64,000 nt of DNA from a virus (Duplodnaviria > Heunggongvirae > Uroviricota > Caudoviricetes): the IMG/VR virus record IMGVR_UViG_3300006141_000002, one strand, 5' to 3'. Within the stretch, counting starts at the first letter, position 1, and the number at the start of each line of letters is the position of its first letter. The position numbers and the translations under genes were made by a program. Positions 10,077 to 20,130 of the stretch are shown piece after piece. Below the pieces are notes generated by a model. That model did no database searches, had not been told where the DNA came from, and saw only the letters and a list, made by a program, of their open reading frames with translations.

Positions 10077-11633
10077 TTACCCATTCATGCTGTCGTCGCC
10101 ATCATCATGCTCTTGTGACGACTCTCCGGAATCCGTCAGGTCACCAATTTCCTTCTTTGGCCTCCCAGCGTCGCCAGTTCCGTCAGAACCGCTGCCAGAA
10201 TTCTCAGATTGTCCACTACTGATAGTCGAAGAACTCTGCAGCGGCTTAAACCGGCTCTTAAGGTCAAGCACGTCATTTTCCAAAAAGTCCATGCAATCCA
10301 TGTCGGCCTGTGAAAGTCCTTGCGAAACACAATAATGTGACAGCATGGGGAGCCCATACTGCGCTCCCTTCAAATATTGTTCTCCGATCTCGCGCCGGTT
10401 GTATGGGCTCACATCGAGGAATGTAACCTTGAAATTCTTTCCGTAGGAGTAACTCTGGATAAAACGGTTGACCACACACTCGATGCTCTTCACGATTCCA
10501 TATGTCAGAGCTTGGTCTGCCTTGATAGACAGCAAAAGCGCATTGCTCGACGCTTTATCGTTGTTAAAGAGCAGGGTCGATACGCCAGCAGAGGTAAACA
10601 GATTTTGTTCCGCATCTGCAATCGTGTCTGTGTCACCGGTATTGGACTTTTCAAAACTTATTTTGTTGATGTCCATTGGGGACAATACGGCTCCGACTTC
10701 CTCCGGCAATACACCGTCGAGGTTAGAGTAAAACTCCCTCGCCTTGTCAAAGTCCATCTCCCACTCGCCATCCTTATTGATGCCAAGACGCATGACCAGT
10801 AAGGCGTAATTCTCCAGTTCCGTTTTTGTCATCTTCAAATTCCTGTAATCTTCCAGGTCGTAAATATCTCTGAAAATACCGGCGAACGGAGGAACGGAAT
10901 AATTCAAAATATCGTTGTTGCACTTCACGGCAAACGAAGTGGGTGAGTCAAGTTCCTGCCATTTCATCCCAGTTCTGTCGTCTTGGTACAGATTGTACTT
11001 TTTATTGAACTCAGGAGGATACAGTTCAAGGAACTCGCTATTTGAATCAAAATACGAGAAATCGAATGACACGTTCAACACGTTACCCTCAATTACTGCA
11101 ATCTCACAGTAATCAGACGGGAGTTGCTGAATGGTTACATTGTCATTGGTGACCCACATAGTCCCAAAGAAGGTATCCTCGCGCAGGCAGACAGTCAATA
11201 TCTTAGGAAACTGATTCTTGATATCCATAGCGGAAAGCATATTGAGCGTACGCCTGTACTGCTTCCCTATCGTGGCCGCCTTGGCGGTACTTGTGTCGAT
11301 CCTGTACGGAGATACGATATAAGACAAATCGGACAAAGCTACAAAATACTGTATCAACCGTCTGAAATGCGAACTTGCTGCATACATATAGATTGCCGCA
11401 TTACGCAAATTCTTCTGGTAAGAATACGGATTTGTCAGATAAGTCGCAATCTGATCTTTCGTATACTTATAGAATGTAGGGCTTCTTCCGCTGCCGTTCA
11501 GATCGCGCATAATCACACGATTAAGTGCCGCAAATCTCTGCGGAATTCTAATCAGCCCGTTCGCATCAAATGTCAGTGGTTCTTTATGCGGATTATCAAC
11601 ACTCTCCTGTGCATCTACAATTTTCCTTGCCAA
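10077..11633 (-). CDS. portal protein
   Basis: 518 aa directly downstream of large terminase, acidic Ser/Gly-rich C-terminus. Confidence 0.5.
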   Translation of the reverse strand: MARKIVDAQESVDNPHKEPLTFDANGLIRIPQRFAALNRVIMRDLNGSGRSPTFYKYTKDQIATYLTNPYSYQKNLRNAAIYMYAASSHFRRLIQYFVALSDLSYIVSPYRIDTSTAKAATIGKQYRRTLNMLSAMDIKNQFPKILTVCLREDTFFGTMWVTNDNVTIQQLPSDYCEIAVIEGNVLNVSFDFSYFDSNSEFLELYPPEFNKKYNLYQDDRTGMKWQELDSPTSFAVKCNNDILNYSVPPFAGIFRDIYDLEDYRNLKMTKTELENYALLVMRLGINKDGEWEMDFDKAREFYSNLDGVLPEEVGAVLSPMDINKISFEKSNTGDTDTIADAEQNLFTSAGVSTLLFNNDKASSNALLLSIKADQALTYGIVKSIECVVNRFIQSYSYGKNFKVTFLDVSPYNRREIGEQYLKGAQYGLPMLSHYCVSQGLSQADMDCMDFLENDVLDLKSRFKPLQSSSTISSGQSENSGSGSDGTGDAGRPKKEIGDLTDSGESSQEHDDGDDSMNG

Positions 11634-11647
11634 ACTTACTCACCTCC

Positions 11648-13378
11648 TTACTTGATTTTTGGTGCCCTAAACAAAAACGTCTGCCCTGTTGAAGGCAGAG
11701 ATGCGCTCCTTTTGCGCATCTTGTTTTCAACTTGGCAGGCGACCCAATAATTATAGGCTAAGCTGGAATATCTGTCCTTCCGTTTGCCAGAACGCTCAAA
11801 TATCCGCACATACCCATCCTTTTCCTCGTGCTGCAGTTTCGTTAATTCATCAATCAGTAGCGTCGTGTGGACATATGGAAGAGATAACTGCGTGCGCTCT
11901 ACCGGATTAAGGGATGAATATCCGCGCAATTCGCTCATACTGGTTTCTCCGCCAACCTCGGTCTCCAAAAGGCGAATACGTCCGCTTCTGAATCCTTCGC
12001 GCAGAAGATACGCAATATCGGAGTTGAACTTCTTGGATGCTTTGATTGACCAGATCACTTTTCTGGCGTCAGGAACCGTACACCGCGCCGCCATCTCTGG
12101 ATCATTGCAACACGATATGGCTGGATAAATATCACCAGTAACGGGGTCTGGAATGTCTCGCATAATCAGATCCGCAACGCCCGCGCCCACACCGTTGGCA
12201 TCGATTACAAGATAGTCACAATCGTAATCATCAAACATCTTGCGGATAAGTAAAGCCTGGTCTGCAGTGTGCATACCCTCGTTGCTGTCCGCATACACGA
12301 TATTACTCACATACCGGCCAGCTTTTGTTGGTAGCATCTGATTGATAAAGATTGCCGTTGCGTCATTCTTTCGTTTCTTACTGCGCATAAGAGCGATATC
12401 AACGGAGAGAATTCTTTTCTCTCCGACCTTCTTTGGAACAATGCGGATATTCTGATTAGAGGATATTTTACCGGATATATTGTCCGGCAACATCGGATAC
12501 TTGATGCGTCGATTCTTGGACAGCGACTCAAAATCAAAGAACGCATCTTCGCTGGAGCCATAGAACAATGCTTCATACTCCATTGAGAATTTTACTTCTG
12601 AAAAATCTGTCTCAGACATTTCGTCCAAAACCGTATTTGCGTCCAGCAGCCCTTCTTCAATCGAAAGCTGATAAGGGAGGCTGCATACAAATTGAGACTT
12701 TGAGTCATTGAGCATTTCTTCAAAGGTGTCCACACATTTCGTATAGCTCCAATGATCCGTATAATATGCGGAACTGAGATACGCCGTCATATTCTTATCT
12801 TTGTCGTACTCAATGTTGCGCTCCGCCTTTGACAATTCCTCATACTTCGGCATACGGCGCTGCGTTAGAAATTTGCGGAGGATCGTATCAATGACATCTT
12901 TTGAGATCAGACGGAACTCATCCAAAATCAGAACGGTGGCACGATTACCTCTCGCGGAGTCACCAGCAGTGACAACCTTGATGTAGCTGCCATTTTTGAA
13001 TATGATCTTTGCATCCGTTCCGTTGATTTTCGCATCTTCAATTTCTGCGGCCAATTCTGGTGAGTTTGGTTTCAGTTCCAGCATGATTTTCTCAAGCACA
13101 TTGATAGACTGACCTCGCGTACCAGACGCAATGACTATTTTCGACCCAGGCCACAAGATAGCCTTAACGCAGCAAAAAATAGCACTCAGATAAGTTTTGC
13201 CAATACCACGCGAGCCAATGAACACATTGTTCGTGCTTCGCATCATCATAATAATGACGATCTTCTGGAACAGTCTCAGGTCAATATGTAAATAGTCTTT
13301 GACGAACCTGTGTGGGTTCGCTCGATAGTAGGCGCAGTATTGAGCTACGCCTTCCATAACCCGTTCAACTTTCGTCAT
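11648..13378 (-). CDS. terL: terminase large subunit
   Basis: Walker A-like GSRGIGKT, Walker B LILDEF, C-terminal nuclease-sized domain; start refined to internal MTKVER Met. Confidence 0.7.
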   Translation of the reverse strand: MTKVERVMEGVAQYCAYYRANPHRFVKDYLHIDLRLFQKIVIIMMMRSTNNVFIGSRGIGKTYLSAIFCCVKAILWPGSKIVIASGTRGQSINVLEKIMLELKPNSPELAAEIEDAKINGTDAKIIFKNGSYIKVVTAGDSARGNRATVLILDEFRLISKDVIDTILRKFLTQRRMPKYEELSKAERNIEYDKDKNMTAYLSSAYYTDHWSYTKCVDTFEEMLNDSKSQFVCSLPYQLSIEEGLLDANTVLDEMSETDFSEVKFSMEYEALFYGSSEDAFFDFESLSKNRRIKYPMLPDNISGKISSNQNIRIVPKKVGEKRILSVDIALMRSKKRKNDATAIFINQMLPTKAGRYVSNIVYADSNEGMHTADQALLIRKMFDDYDCDYLVIDANGVGAGVADLIMRDIPDPVTGDIYPAISCCNDPEMAARCTVPDARKVIWSIKASKKFNSDIAYLLREGFRSGRIRLLETEVGGETSMSELRGYSSLNPVERTQLSLPYVHTTLLIDELTKLQHEEKDGYVRIFERSGKRKDRYSSLAYNYWVACQVENKMRKRSASLPSTGQTFLFRAPKIK

Positions 13379-14441
13379 CCTGATCCTCCTCTCCAAACAC
13401 ATCGGAGAAGAAGGTCTCATCATCTTCGTCGTCAAACTCCGGTCGCTCCAGCCGCCGTTTTGCGATTTCTTTTTCATAAAGCGCAGAATAGGCGTTCTTT
13501 TTCCCGAGCATCTTTGATAGATGACCTCTGAGCCAGATATCTATATACCTGACAATGCCGTCAACATCCTGCATCTCTGGATCTGGCTCCGGGATTGGCC
13601 TTTTATCTTCCCATCGTTTGATCCACACTCCAAATGGCGTCTTCTCCATAGAACCATCTGCATTGTCCGCTTTCTGACTTGGTTTCAGCATAGCGCTCCC
13701 AAGCAGTGTGTTCAGTGTACCGATTGCCTTGTCCACAGATTTTCCTGCAGCACGGTCGCGGTTGATGTCAACCTCAAGGTTGCAGATTTGCCGGATCAGA
13801 GCTTTGATACCGATACCGAGATCAACGCCTTCAGGAAGGTTGCTCATCCAATAATTCCTTCTCTGCTCAAGTTCGATATACATGGTTGGAGTAAGCCCAG
13901 GTCCCCAGAAGTCAATAACATCCTGGTCAATCTGTATGTCTTGCTCCTGATCCTCACCTTCAACGTTGCCGTCGTGCTGCCGCAGCATCCACGCCGATTT
14001 ATCAGCTTCCGCTGCTGCCTCCTCGTCCAGTGTGTCGTCAAATGTCTTTCCGACAAACTGATATAGATTCGACTTACTGATATAGCTTAAAACCCTGGAG
14101 TTCGTTGTAGAAGATTTGTTGAGCATCTTATAAATGTCGTCACTCCAGTAGATGTCGAACTTCAGACAAATACGTCTGAGAGCAGCCCTCTCGGCCTTTT
14201 CATCTCCGAGCACATCTCTATAATGTTCCTTGTAGTGATCGTACAGTTCATCAACGCAATGCCTGCAAACAGGGAGATAACCGCCATTCTCACGCCACAT
14301 TGGACTTTGCACCGCAGGAAAATTCGATTTCTGTTTGGTAAAAGACCTGGGACAGCGTGTGCAATAAAATCTGTCAGGCTTATCTTTGACAGGAGCGGCT
14401 ACATTCGGCCTGGAACTGGTAATCTTACTCTGCTTTGGCAT
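13365..14441 (-). CDS. putative terminase small subunit / zinc-ribbon DNA-binding protein
   Basis: immediately upstream of terL, N-terminal CTRC...CRHC zinc ribbon, acidic C-terminus. Confidence 0.3.
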   Translation of the reverse strand: MPKQSKITSSRPNVAAPVKDKPDRFYCTRCPRSFTKQKSNFPAVQSPMWRENGGYLPVCRHCVDELYDHYKEHYRDVLGDEKAERAALRRICLKFDIYWSDDIYKMLNKSSTTNSRVLSYISKSNLYQFVGKTFDDTLDEEAAAEADKSAWMLRQHDGNVEGEDQEQDIQIDQDVIDFWGPGLTPTMYIELEQRRNYWMSNLPEGVDLGIGIKALIRQICNLEVDINRDRAAGKSVDKAIGTLNTLLGSAMLKPSQKADNADGSMEKTPFGVWIKRWEDKRPIPEPDPEMQDVDGIVRYIDIWLRGHLSKMLGKKNAYSALYEKEIAKRRLERPEFDDEDDETFFSDVFGEEDQDDES

Positions 14442-14452
14442 CGTGCGTCACC

Positions 14453-14740
14453 TCACTCCCGGATAAATCCCTCTTTGATCTCACGCTTCAGCTTTTTCCC
14501 AGGCGTGAAGTGCGCGGTTTGATAAGAGGGAATCACGATGGGCTCACCTTGAGGATTCGTACCCTTGCGCTCAGCACGCTCACGAATCTCAAATGTCCCG
14601 AACCCATGGAACATAACAGACTCTCCATTAACAAGAGCCTCTTCCAATGTTTTGATAAAGTCGTCCATTACAACGCCTGCATCCCGCTTTGTGTATCCCT
14701 TCTTTGACAGACGTTCGACGAACTCGTCCTTTGTTACCAT
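14453..14740 (-). CDS. HU/IHF-family DNA-binding protein
   Basis: GFGTFEIRERAERKGTNPQ...FTPGKKLK matches the HU arm motif. Confidence 0.75.
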   Translation of the reverse strand: MVTKDEFVERLSKKGYTKRDAGVVMDDFIKTLEEALVNGESVMFHGFGTFEIRERAERKGTNPQGEPIVIPSYQTAHFTPGKKLKREIKEGFIRE

Positions 14741-14785
14741 AAATTCACCCTTTCGTCTTTGCTTATATAAATGTTAGAATATTCT

Positions 14786-14859
14786 TGGTTGCGGTGCAGA
14801 GACTCGAACTCTGATTTCCTGGGCATGAACCAGGCGTCCTACCATTAGACGACTCCGCG
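14786..14859 (-). tRNA. tRNA-Met/Ile2 (anticodon CAT)
   Basis: cloverleaf on minus strand: acceptor GCGGAGU, anticodon stem CCUGG/CCAGG, loop UUCAUGC, T-loop UUCGAGU, CCA encoded. Confidence 0.6.
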
Positions 14860-14865
14860 ATATAA

Positions 14866-14900
14866 AAAAGAAAGGGAGGGGTTGTTCACCCCTCCCGGTC
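14866..14900 (-). terminator. rho-independent terminator for the 14904-16097 gene
   Basis: GGGAGGGG-UGAACAA-CCCCUCCC followed by U-run on minus strand. Confidence 0.5.
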
Positions 14901-14903
14901 GCT

Positions 14904-16097
14904 TTAGCTAAGATCAATGTTGTACGAGCACCTGATGCCAGACCCGTCACAGACACAAATCATCTGCTCCGGTCTCCCATAGATTCGTTTACTAACACAA
15001 AAATCATCCATTCCAAGGAAGCTGCCGGCCATAACCGTTTTGATTCCCTGGACTTCATCCATTCGACAGTGGTGTAAATGTCCCGACAAGACCGCATAGA
15101 GCGGTCTGCGAGCCATTGTTTGAAGTGCTTGCACTTTCGCAGCACTTCCATCGTAATCTCCGTGAATACCACAGTATGTCTTCCCACGGACATCAATCAA
15201 ATACATTGTGGAGTCAACTTTGTCCCCCGCGCCGATAATGACATTTTCAAAATTCTGTAATCGCGCAGACAAATACCATTCCACAAGATCATCAAGTCTT
15301 TCGTCCTTCAGCGCCCGATCCTTGATGTCGATACGCGAGTGATTTCCTGACGCGCTGACGAACTGCACTGTTGTAAAGTGCTTGCTCAGTTCTGCCAGAA
15401 ATTCGGCAATCAGTTCAGACACACCAACCACCTGCTCGATCACATTCTCTTTGTTTGTGACCGCGATGGAGTGATGGATATTACCAGAGATAGCGTCGCC
15501 ATTTTCCCATACAATACAATTCTCACTGTTATGTAATTCTCCGATTTCGATGATACGATCCAGATACCGGCGCATCATGTCACGGCAGATATCAGAATTG
15601 TACTTGTTCCAGTAATTATCTACATTCGCACCATAATGGATATCGTTCAGACTCACCAAAATATCATTGTCTGACGAAACAACACCGGATGGCGAATAAT
15701 CAAGGCGCGGGAGATTACCGTTAGATACTGCGTCAACCAGAAGTTCATTCAGTTCTTCCTGACGGGCGCGTTCTCGGATCAGCTTACTAAGCGCGGATCT
15801 CTGATCAAAGAATTTCTGCTTCTCCTTTTGGAGAGCGATTTTCTTTTCATCCAGTTCACTCAAGACGTCATCCGACGTAATAGACCGCTCAATGCTATCG
15901 CTCATAATTTCAAGCGTCCGCTTACTGCCGTACATCATCCTGCGTGCAACATCTGTACTGTATTCTCTGCCATAGACATATGGAGCCAGTTCTGAGTAGT
16001 CCTCGTCGGCAAGCGTCCCGTCAACCAACTTCCCATAGATCAGACGCTTGTGATACGCCAAATCTGTTTCGTTTGGCCTTTTCGAAAGCTTGTCCAT
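14904..16097 (-). CDS. calcineurin-like metallophosphoesterase
   Basis: GNHSRID and GHLHH metal-binding motifs. Confidence 0.55.
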   Translation of the reverse strand: MDKLSKRPNETDLAYHKRLIYGKLVDGTLADEDYSELAPYVYGREYSTDVARRMMYGSKRTLEIMSDSIERSITSDDVLSELDEKKIALQKEKQKFFDQRSALSKLIRERARQEELNELLVDAVSNGNLPRLDYSPSGVVSSDNDILVSLNDIHYGANVDNYWNKYNSDICRDMMRRYLDRIIEIGELHNSENCIVWENGDAISGNIHHSIAVTNKENVIEQVVGVSELIAEFLAELSKHFTTVQFVSASGNHSRIDIKDRALKDERLDDLVEWYLSARLQNFENVIIGAGDKVDSTMYLIDVRGKTYCGIHGDYDGSAAKVQALQTMARRPLYAVLSGHLHHCRMDEVQGIKTVMAGSFLGMDDFCVSKRIYGRPEQMICVCDGSGIRCSYNIDLS

Positions 16098-16432
16098 GTA
16101 GTCCTCCTCTTTATGCGGGCCTGCGAAGCGACCTCAAGATACGCATCACGCCACGGCTCTCTTCTGCGTAGTACCGATGGCGCTTAGACTTCTGTTTTAC
16201 CGTCCTTCGGATATGAGTCTCCGGAAGACGTTCCGCAATAATTTCTTTTTCCTTTGCGTTAATCGCAATCACAAACAAACATCCTTTCAACCTTATATTT
16301 AGGAGAACAGACGCAGAACACGGCCATTATTCTCCCTTACATAAATAGGCACATTGCATCGTGGTCTGTAAGAAGCGTGAACTGCGTCCTTACAGACCAC
16401 TTCTATTTCAAACTAAATCAGAAAATTTTACA

Positions 16433-17167
16433 TCAAATTCGATTACGCGCACGCTGCCTGTTCACATCAATCGCGCAGTCATGGCAGTATTTTTGAGCGT
16501 TGCTGCGCTTCTTAATAACAAGTCCGCACTCTTCGCATTCGATGTACGGGTCTCCATGGAAACGCATATATTGATATCCGAGATTGCGAAAATCTCGAAT
16601 TTTCAAAACAGTCTTCCCACCAGTATCCAGACACTGCACATTGATATTGACGTTATCCACCTTCCGGCTAAAACGGATCAGTCCGGCAGAACGAAAGTCA
16701 TTCAGCATGAGCGACTGTCTTTTGATAGACGTGACCACGTTGGCCAACTTGAAAATCTCTTTGTCCTGTTTGTTCACCCATCCGCCGTTTTTCTCATTAA
16801 CAAGATCTGAGTATTTTGCTAAACAAATCAGCGTAAACAACAGCCGGCGACATTGAACTCCCTCCAGAGAGTCACAGATTTTCATTTCACCTTCTGTAAT
16901 GGGAACGCTCTCTATGTTAATCAGCGGGAACTTATTCGCACCTCTAACAATTCTGTCAATGGTGTCCTGCCACTTTACCAGATTGATAGTAGGATCACAC
17001 CGGAGCATGAAGTCCTCAAGACTCGCGCTGACGCTCGATTTGGTGGCTCCCTTGAGAGACGAATAGTATCGTGCTACCCGCGATAGTGTTTCTGTTGGTT
17101 TCGAGCCAAGCTCGCCTCTGTCCAGGATATCTCTCACATAGTCAAGCTCATTCAACACTATCCCCAT
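16433..17167 (-). CDS. hypothetical protein with C-terminal zinc ribbon
   Basis: C-terminal CEECG...CHDC. Confidence 0.4.
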   Translation of the reverse strand: MGIVLNELDYVRDILDRGELGSKPTETLSRVARYYSSLKGATKSSVSASLEDFMLRCDPTINLVKWQDTIDRIVRGANKFPLINIESVPITEGEMKICDSLEGVQCRRLLFTLICLAKYSDLVNEKNGGWVNKQDKEIFKLANVVTSIKRQSLMLNDFRSAGLIRFSRKVDNVNINVQCLDTGGKTVLKIRDFRNLGYQYMRFHGDPYIECEECGLVIKKRSNAQKYCHDCAIDVNRQRARNRI

Positions 17168-19914
17168 CGTCTTCCCCCTCCAATCTGTTTCGTTACGAAT
17201 GTGAACTGATCTCCTCCGAAAGTAATATCACCATCCTCAGCACGAACAGGAAACGAGATACGTCCGCCATTATTCCTGAGCAGAGCGTCGATGATATCTT
17301 CACCTGCCATATCCCATACAAACTGTTTTGATCCTTCTTTCTGGTAGCATATATCCAGAAGGATATCGCACAACTGATCTTTGTTGGAACAAGCGATCTG
17401 GCACTCTCTGCGGAAATCCTGAACCATCACAAACCGCAGATTGGTGTGCTCATCCTCGTCCAGCCGCTCCTTCTTGGCATACTGCATATAATCCTGTATC
17501 CGTCTGTTATATGCTTCATATAGCCTTAGAATCGTGTTGTACTGCGTCTGCGAATACTCCGTGCCACTCTTCATGATTGTGTAATCGAACTCAGTTTCTG
17601 AAGTATGTCTTGCAATATAGCCATCGAACTCCGCCTCAAACCGGCGGCAAATCCTGTTCATAACGCAGTTATTTACACCAACTGGCATCTTGACGCAGTA
17701 GTAGTGGAGAAATTCCCGTTCCTCTTCTGTACTCTCGCCCGCGTTCTCTCGCTCAATTAACTCGTCCATCGTCATGCGGAATTCCCTGAGCGCTTTCTTG
17801 TTCGTGTTGGAGATATATGTATTGTACTTGCGCATCAACGAGGGATAGATGTACCGCATGAAGTATGGCTTCTTGTCGGCCACCACCCGCAAATTGAGCT
17901 GCACTGTAGCTTCGTCATCGCCGTCATCGCCCTTTGCGGCAACACGGTCGTACCAGCCCTTCGGCATCGGCTTGGAGATGATGCCTTTCGCCTTGTCGAT
18001 AGAATCCTGTTGGAATTTTTGCCCACATTTGATACGATAGTCCAACGTCGCGTACTCCTGGCTGTCCTTGTCGTACTGAGCGATGATATCAAACATAGAT
18101 GTAATATGATTAGTGATCTTCCCGATATCATCACCAAAGCTGGCGATATTAGAGTGGATAATGTCCTCCTCTGACGGCACACACTTCGTTGCTTTCCTCT
18201 GTGCGCATATGAGCGCCGGTAGTTGATTGTGACACTCCACCAAAATACGGTTGTCGGTGGTGAAGATCAGATCCCCGTCCTTATCCGCGCCGTTCAGTGC
18301 TGCCGCCGTCGTGTCCCATGCGTTCAGCAGCGTACACGCAGTCATGTACTGATACCAGTGTCTCGCATCGTCACTGCCGTTCACAGTCATCTTTACAACA
18401 TTGTTGGCGCAGGTCATCGGAGCGCGGAAGCATGATACTGTGTTGACCCCGTGCTCCAGCCAATAGTGATTGTAGATTTCTCCAGCTTGCAAAATACCTG
18501 TGACCTCTAACCCAAACATGTTTTGGCATAGTGCGTATGGGTCTCCAGATATGATGGAGTAATTCCCCCGTGCCTTGATAACACCAATTTTTGCATCTAC
18601 AATACGCTTCTTAATGAGCGCGTATATCTTTTTGGTGATAAATGGATCATCCATCATTCGCTGGTCGATCATAATAGCCTTTGCAAAATCAGAGTCAACA
18701 AAGTCTATGTTGTCCTCGGTGATACCGGTGCCCTTCAGGAATAGAACAGCCTTCCTCCAATCAAGTGCAAGGATGTCGTGAATCTCCTGTATGGTTGGCT
18801 GAATCAGCTCCTCGATCTGTTCGTCGTTCAAATCGTATACCTGTAGGAACTGGTAGTTGGTCATTCTCTCATTCTCTAGCACTCTTGGACACGATTTTGT
18901 AATCCCGAAGGTATATCCGTTCTCAACACAGTTTCTTATGTAGTCGTCGCAGCTCGCATAGCTGTCCCATAGCTTAACCATTGATGTAGTCAACACCATT
19001 TCCACATTGGAAAGGTCTACCTCGTTACCCCACGCATCTTTGATGATGCGCGTTCCAGCTACCTGATCTGCAAACTCTAGGAAGTCAAAGGTAAACACCA
19101 TGCCCTTCTCGAAAGAGAGCCGCGTATTCACCCCGCTCACCATATAATCGAGTTTTAATTCTTCAGACCACCTTCTCGCCAGAGAAGGGAGCATGATACC
19201 ATATCCGTCGGACTCGTCGAGTTCTACGTCTGCGCCCTCCTCGAACCACATCTTTGGCTCTCCGTCCGCGTCTTCGATGTTGACGACATCGGATTTGAAG
19301 TGCGTTACACAGTCATCCACCACAGCGATACCATGCGGTATAGACACCGGAATAGATCCACTGCACACCAGAGCCTGATATGCTTCCAGTTTGGCCGGCA
19401 CCAACTCCTTGCTCTTATCACGCCCGTTATCAATCAGCCGCCGAAGCTCTGGGGCGAGCCGCTCACTGACAAATACGATTGTCGAGTTCTTGATACCGCC
19501 GTTCGTTCCAAGCAGTCTGGCATACGCAACACCGTTGATTTTGAAGCCCTTGCAAGCTCTCCAGTAGTCCTTCTCCTTGTCGATAATCAGGCACATGTAG
19601 TCAGGCTTGTACTGAATTTCGTCCAATTCTTCGTATAATCTCTTGATTTTCTTGCGATTTTGTAGGGAATTTGGCTGTTTTCTGAGCATTTTTATCTCAT
19701 TTTTGATATTTCTTGCAACCTCGTCCCCGTTTTCGATACCGTTCAGCCTATCTATGAAGCGCAGCATCTGGCTGTCGCTCAAGGAAATAACCTCATCGTT
19801 TCTCCGTGCCTCGGAGATTGGGAGCGTCAAATTCCATCTCGCCTTGCGTAAGCGTGCGCTATGTATCTTATAGATAAACTTTTGACAAGACTGTTGTTTG
19901 GAAATATTGCTCAC
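17158..19914 (-). CDS. large 918-aa protein; candidate single-subunit YonO/RDR-like RNA polymerase or replication protein
   Basis: GADKDGDLIF resembles the DxDGD metal-binding loop of two-barrel RNA polymerases; no family A/B DNA polymerase motifs seen. Confidence 0.3.
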   Translation of the reverse strand: MSNISKQQSCQKFIYKIHSARLRKARWNLTLPISEARRNDEVISLSDSQMLRFIDRLNGIENGDEVARNIKNEIKMLRKQPNSLQNRKKIKRLYEELDEIQYKPDYMCLIIDKEKDYWRACKGFKINGVAYARLLGTNGGIKNSTIVFVSERLAPELRRLIDNGRDKSKELVPAKLEAYQALVCSGSIPVSIPHGIAVVDDCVTHFKSDVVNIEDADGEPKMWFEEGADVELDESDGYGIMLPSLARRWSEELKLDYMVSGVNTRLSFEKGMVFTFDFLEFADQVAGTRIIKDAWGNEVDLSNVEMVLTTSMVKLWDSYASCDDYIRNCVENGYTFGITKSCPRVLENERMTNYQFLQVYDLNDEQIEELIQPTIQEIHDILALDWRKAVLFLKGTGITEDNIDFVDSDFAKAIMIDQRMMDDPFITKKIYALIKKRIVDAKIGVIKARGNYSIISGDPYALCQNMFGLEVTGILQAGEIYNHYWLEHGVNTVSCFRAPMTCANNVVKMTVNGSDDARHWYQYMTACTLLNAWDTTAAALNGADKDGDLIFTTDNRILVECHNQLPALICAQRKATKCVPSEEDIIHSNIASFGDDIGKITNHITSMFDIIAQYDKDSQEYATLDYRIKCGQKFQQDSIDKAKGIISKPMPKGWYDRVAAKGDDGDDEATVQLNLRVVADKKPYFMRYIYPSLMRKYNTYISNTNKKALREFRMTMDELIERENAGESTEEEREFLHYYCVKMPVGVNNCVMNRICRRFEAEFDGYIARHTSETEFDYTIMKSGTEYSQTQYNTILRLYEAYNRRIQDYMQYAKKERLDEDEHTNLRFVMVQDFRRECQIACSNKDQLCDILLDICYQKEGSKQFVWDMAGEDIIDALLRNNGGRISFPVRAEDGDITFGGDQFTFVTKQIGGGRRWG

Positions 19915-19947
19915 CGCCTCATAATTTAGTGTTGAATGGCTAAAAAA

Positions 19948-20130
19948 TTAAACTTCGTCTCCGTTATTGCGGGTATAAACCGTCCAAAGTCTCCGAAATT
20001 CGTACAATCCGCCCTCAATTACATCTTCCTTGTTATCGTATTCGTCCATGGGGGTATAATCGCTGCACTCATTCTTGGCTGTATAGCACTGGTCTGCCCA
20101 CAAGCATTTATCGCATTTAGCCACGTACAC
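19948..20130 (-). CDS. small Cys-rich hypothetical protein
   Basis: 60-aa ORF filling gap. Confidence 0.2.
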   Translation of the reverse strand: MYVAKCDKCLWADQCYTAKNECSDYTPMDEYDNKEDVIEGGLYEFRRLWTVYTRNNGDEV

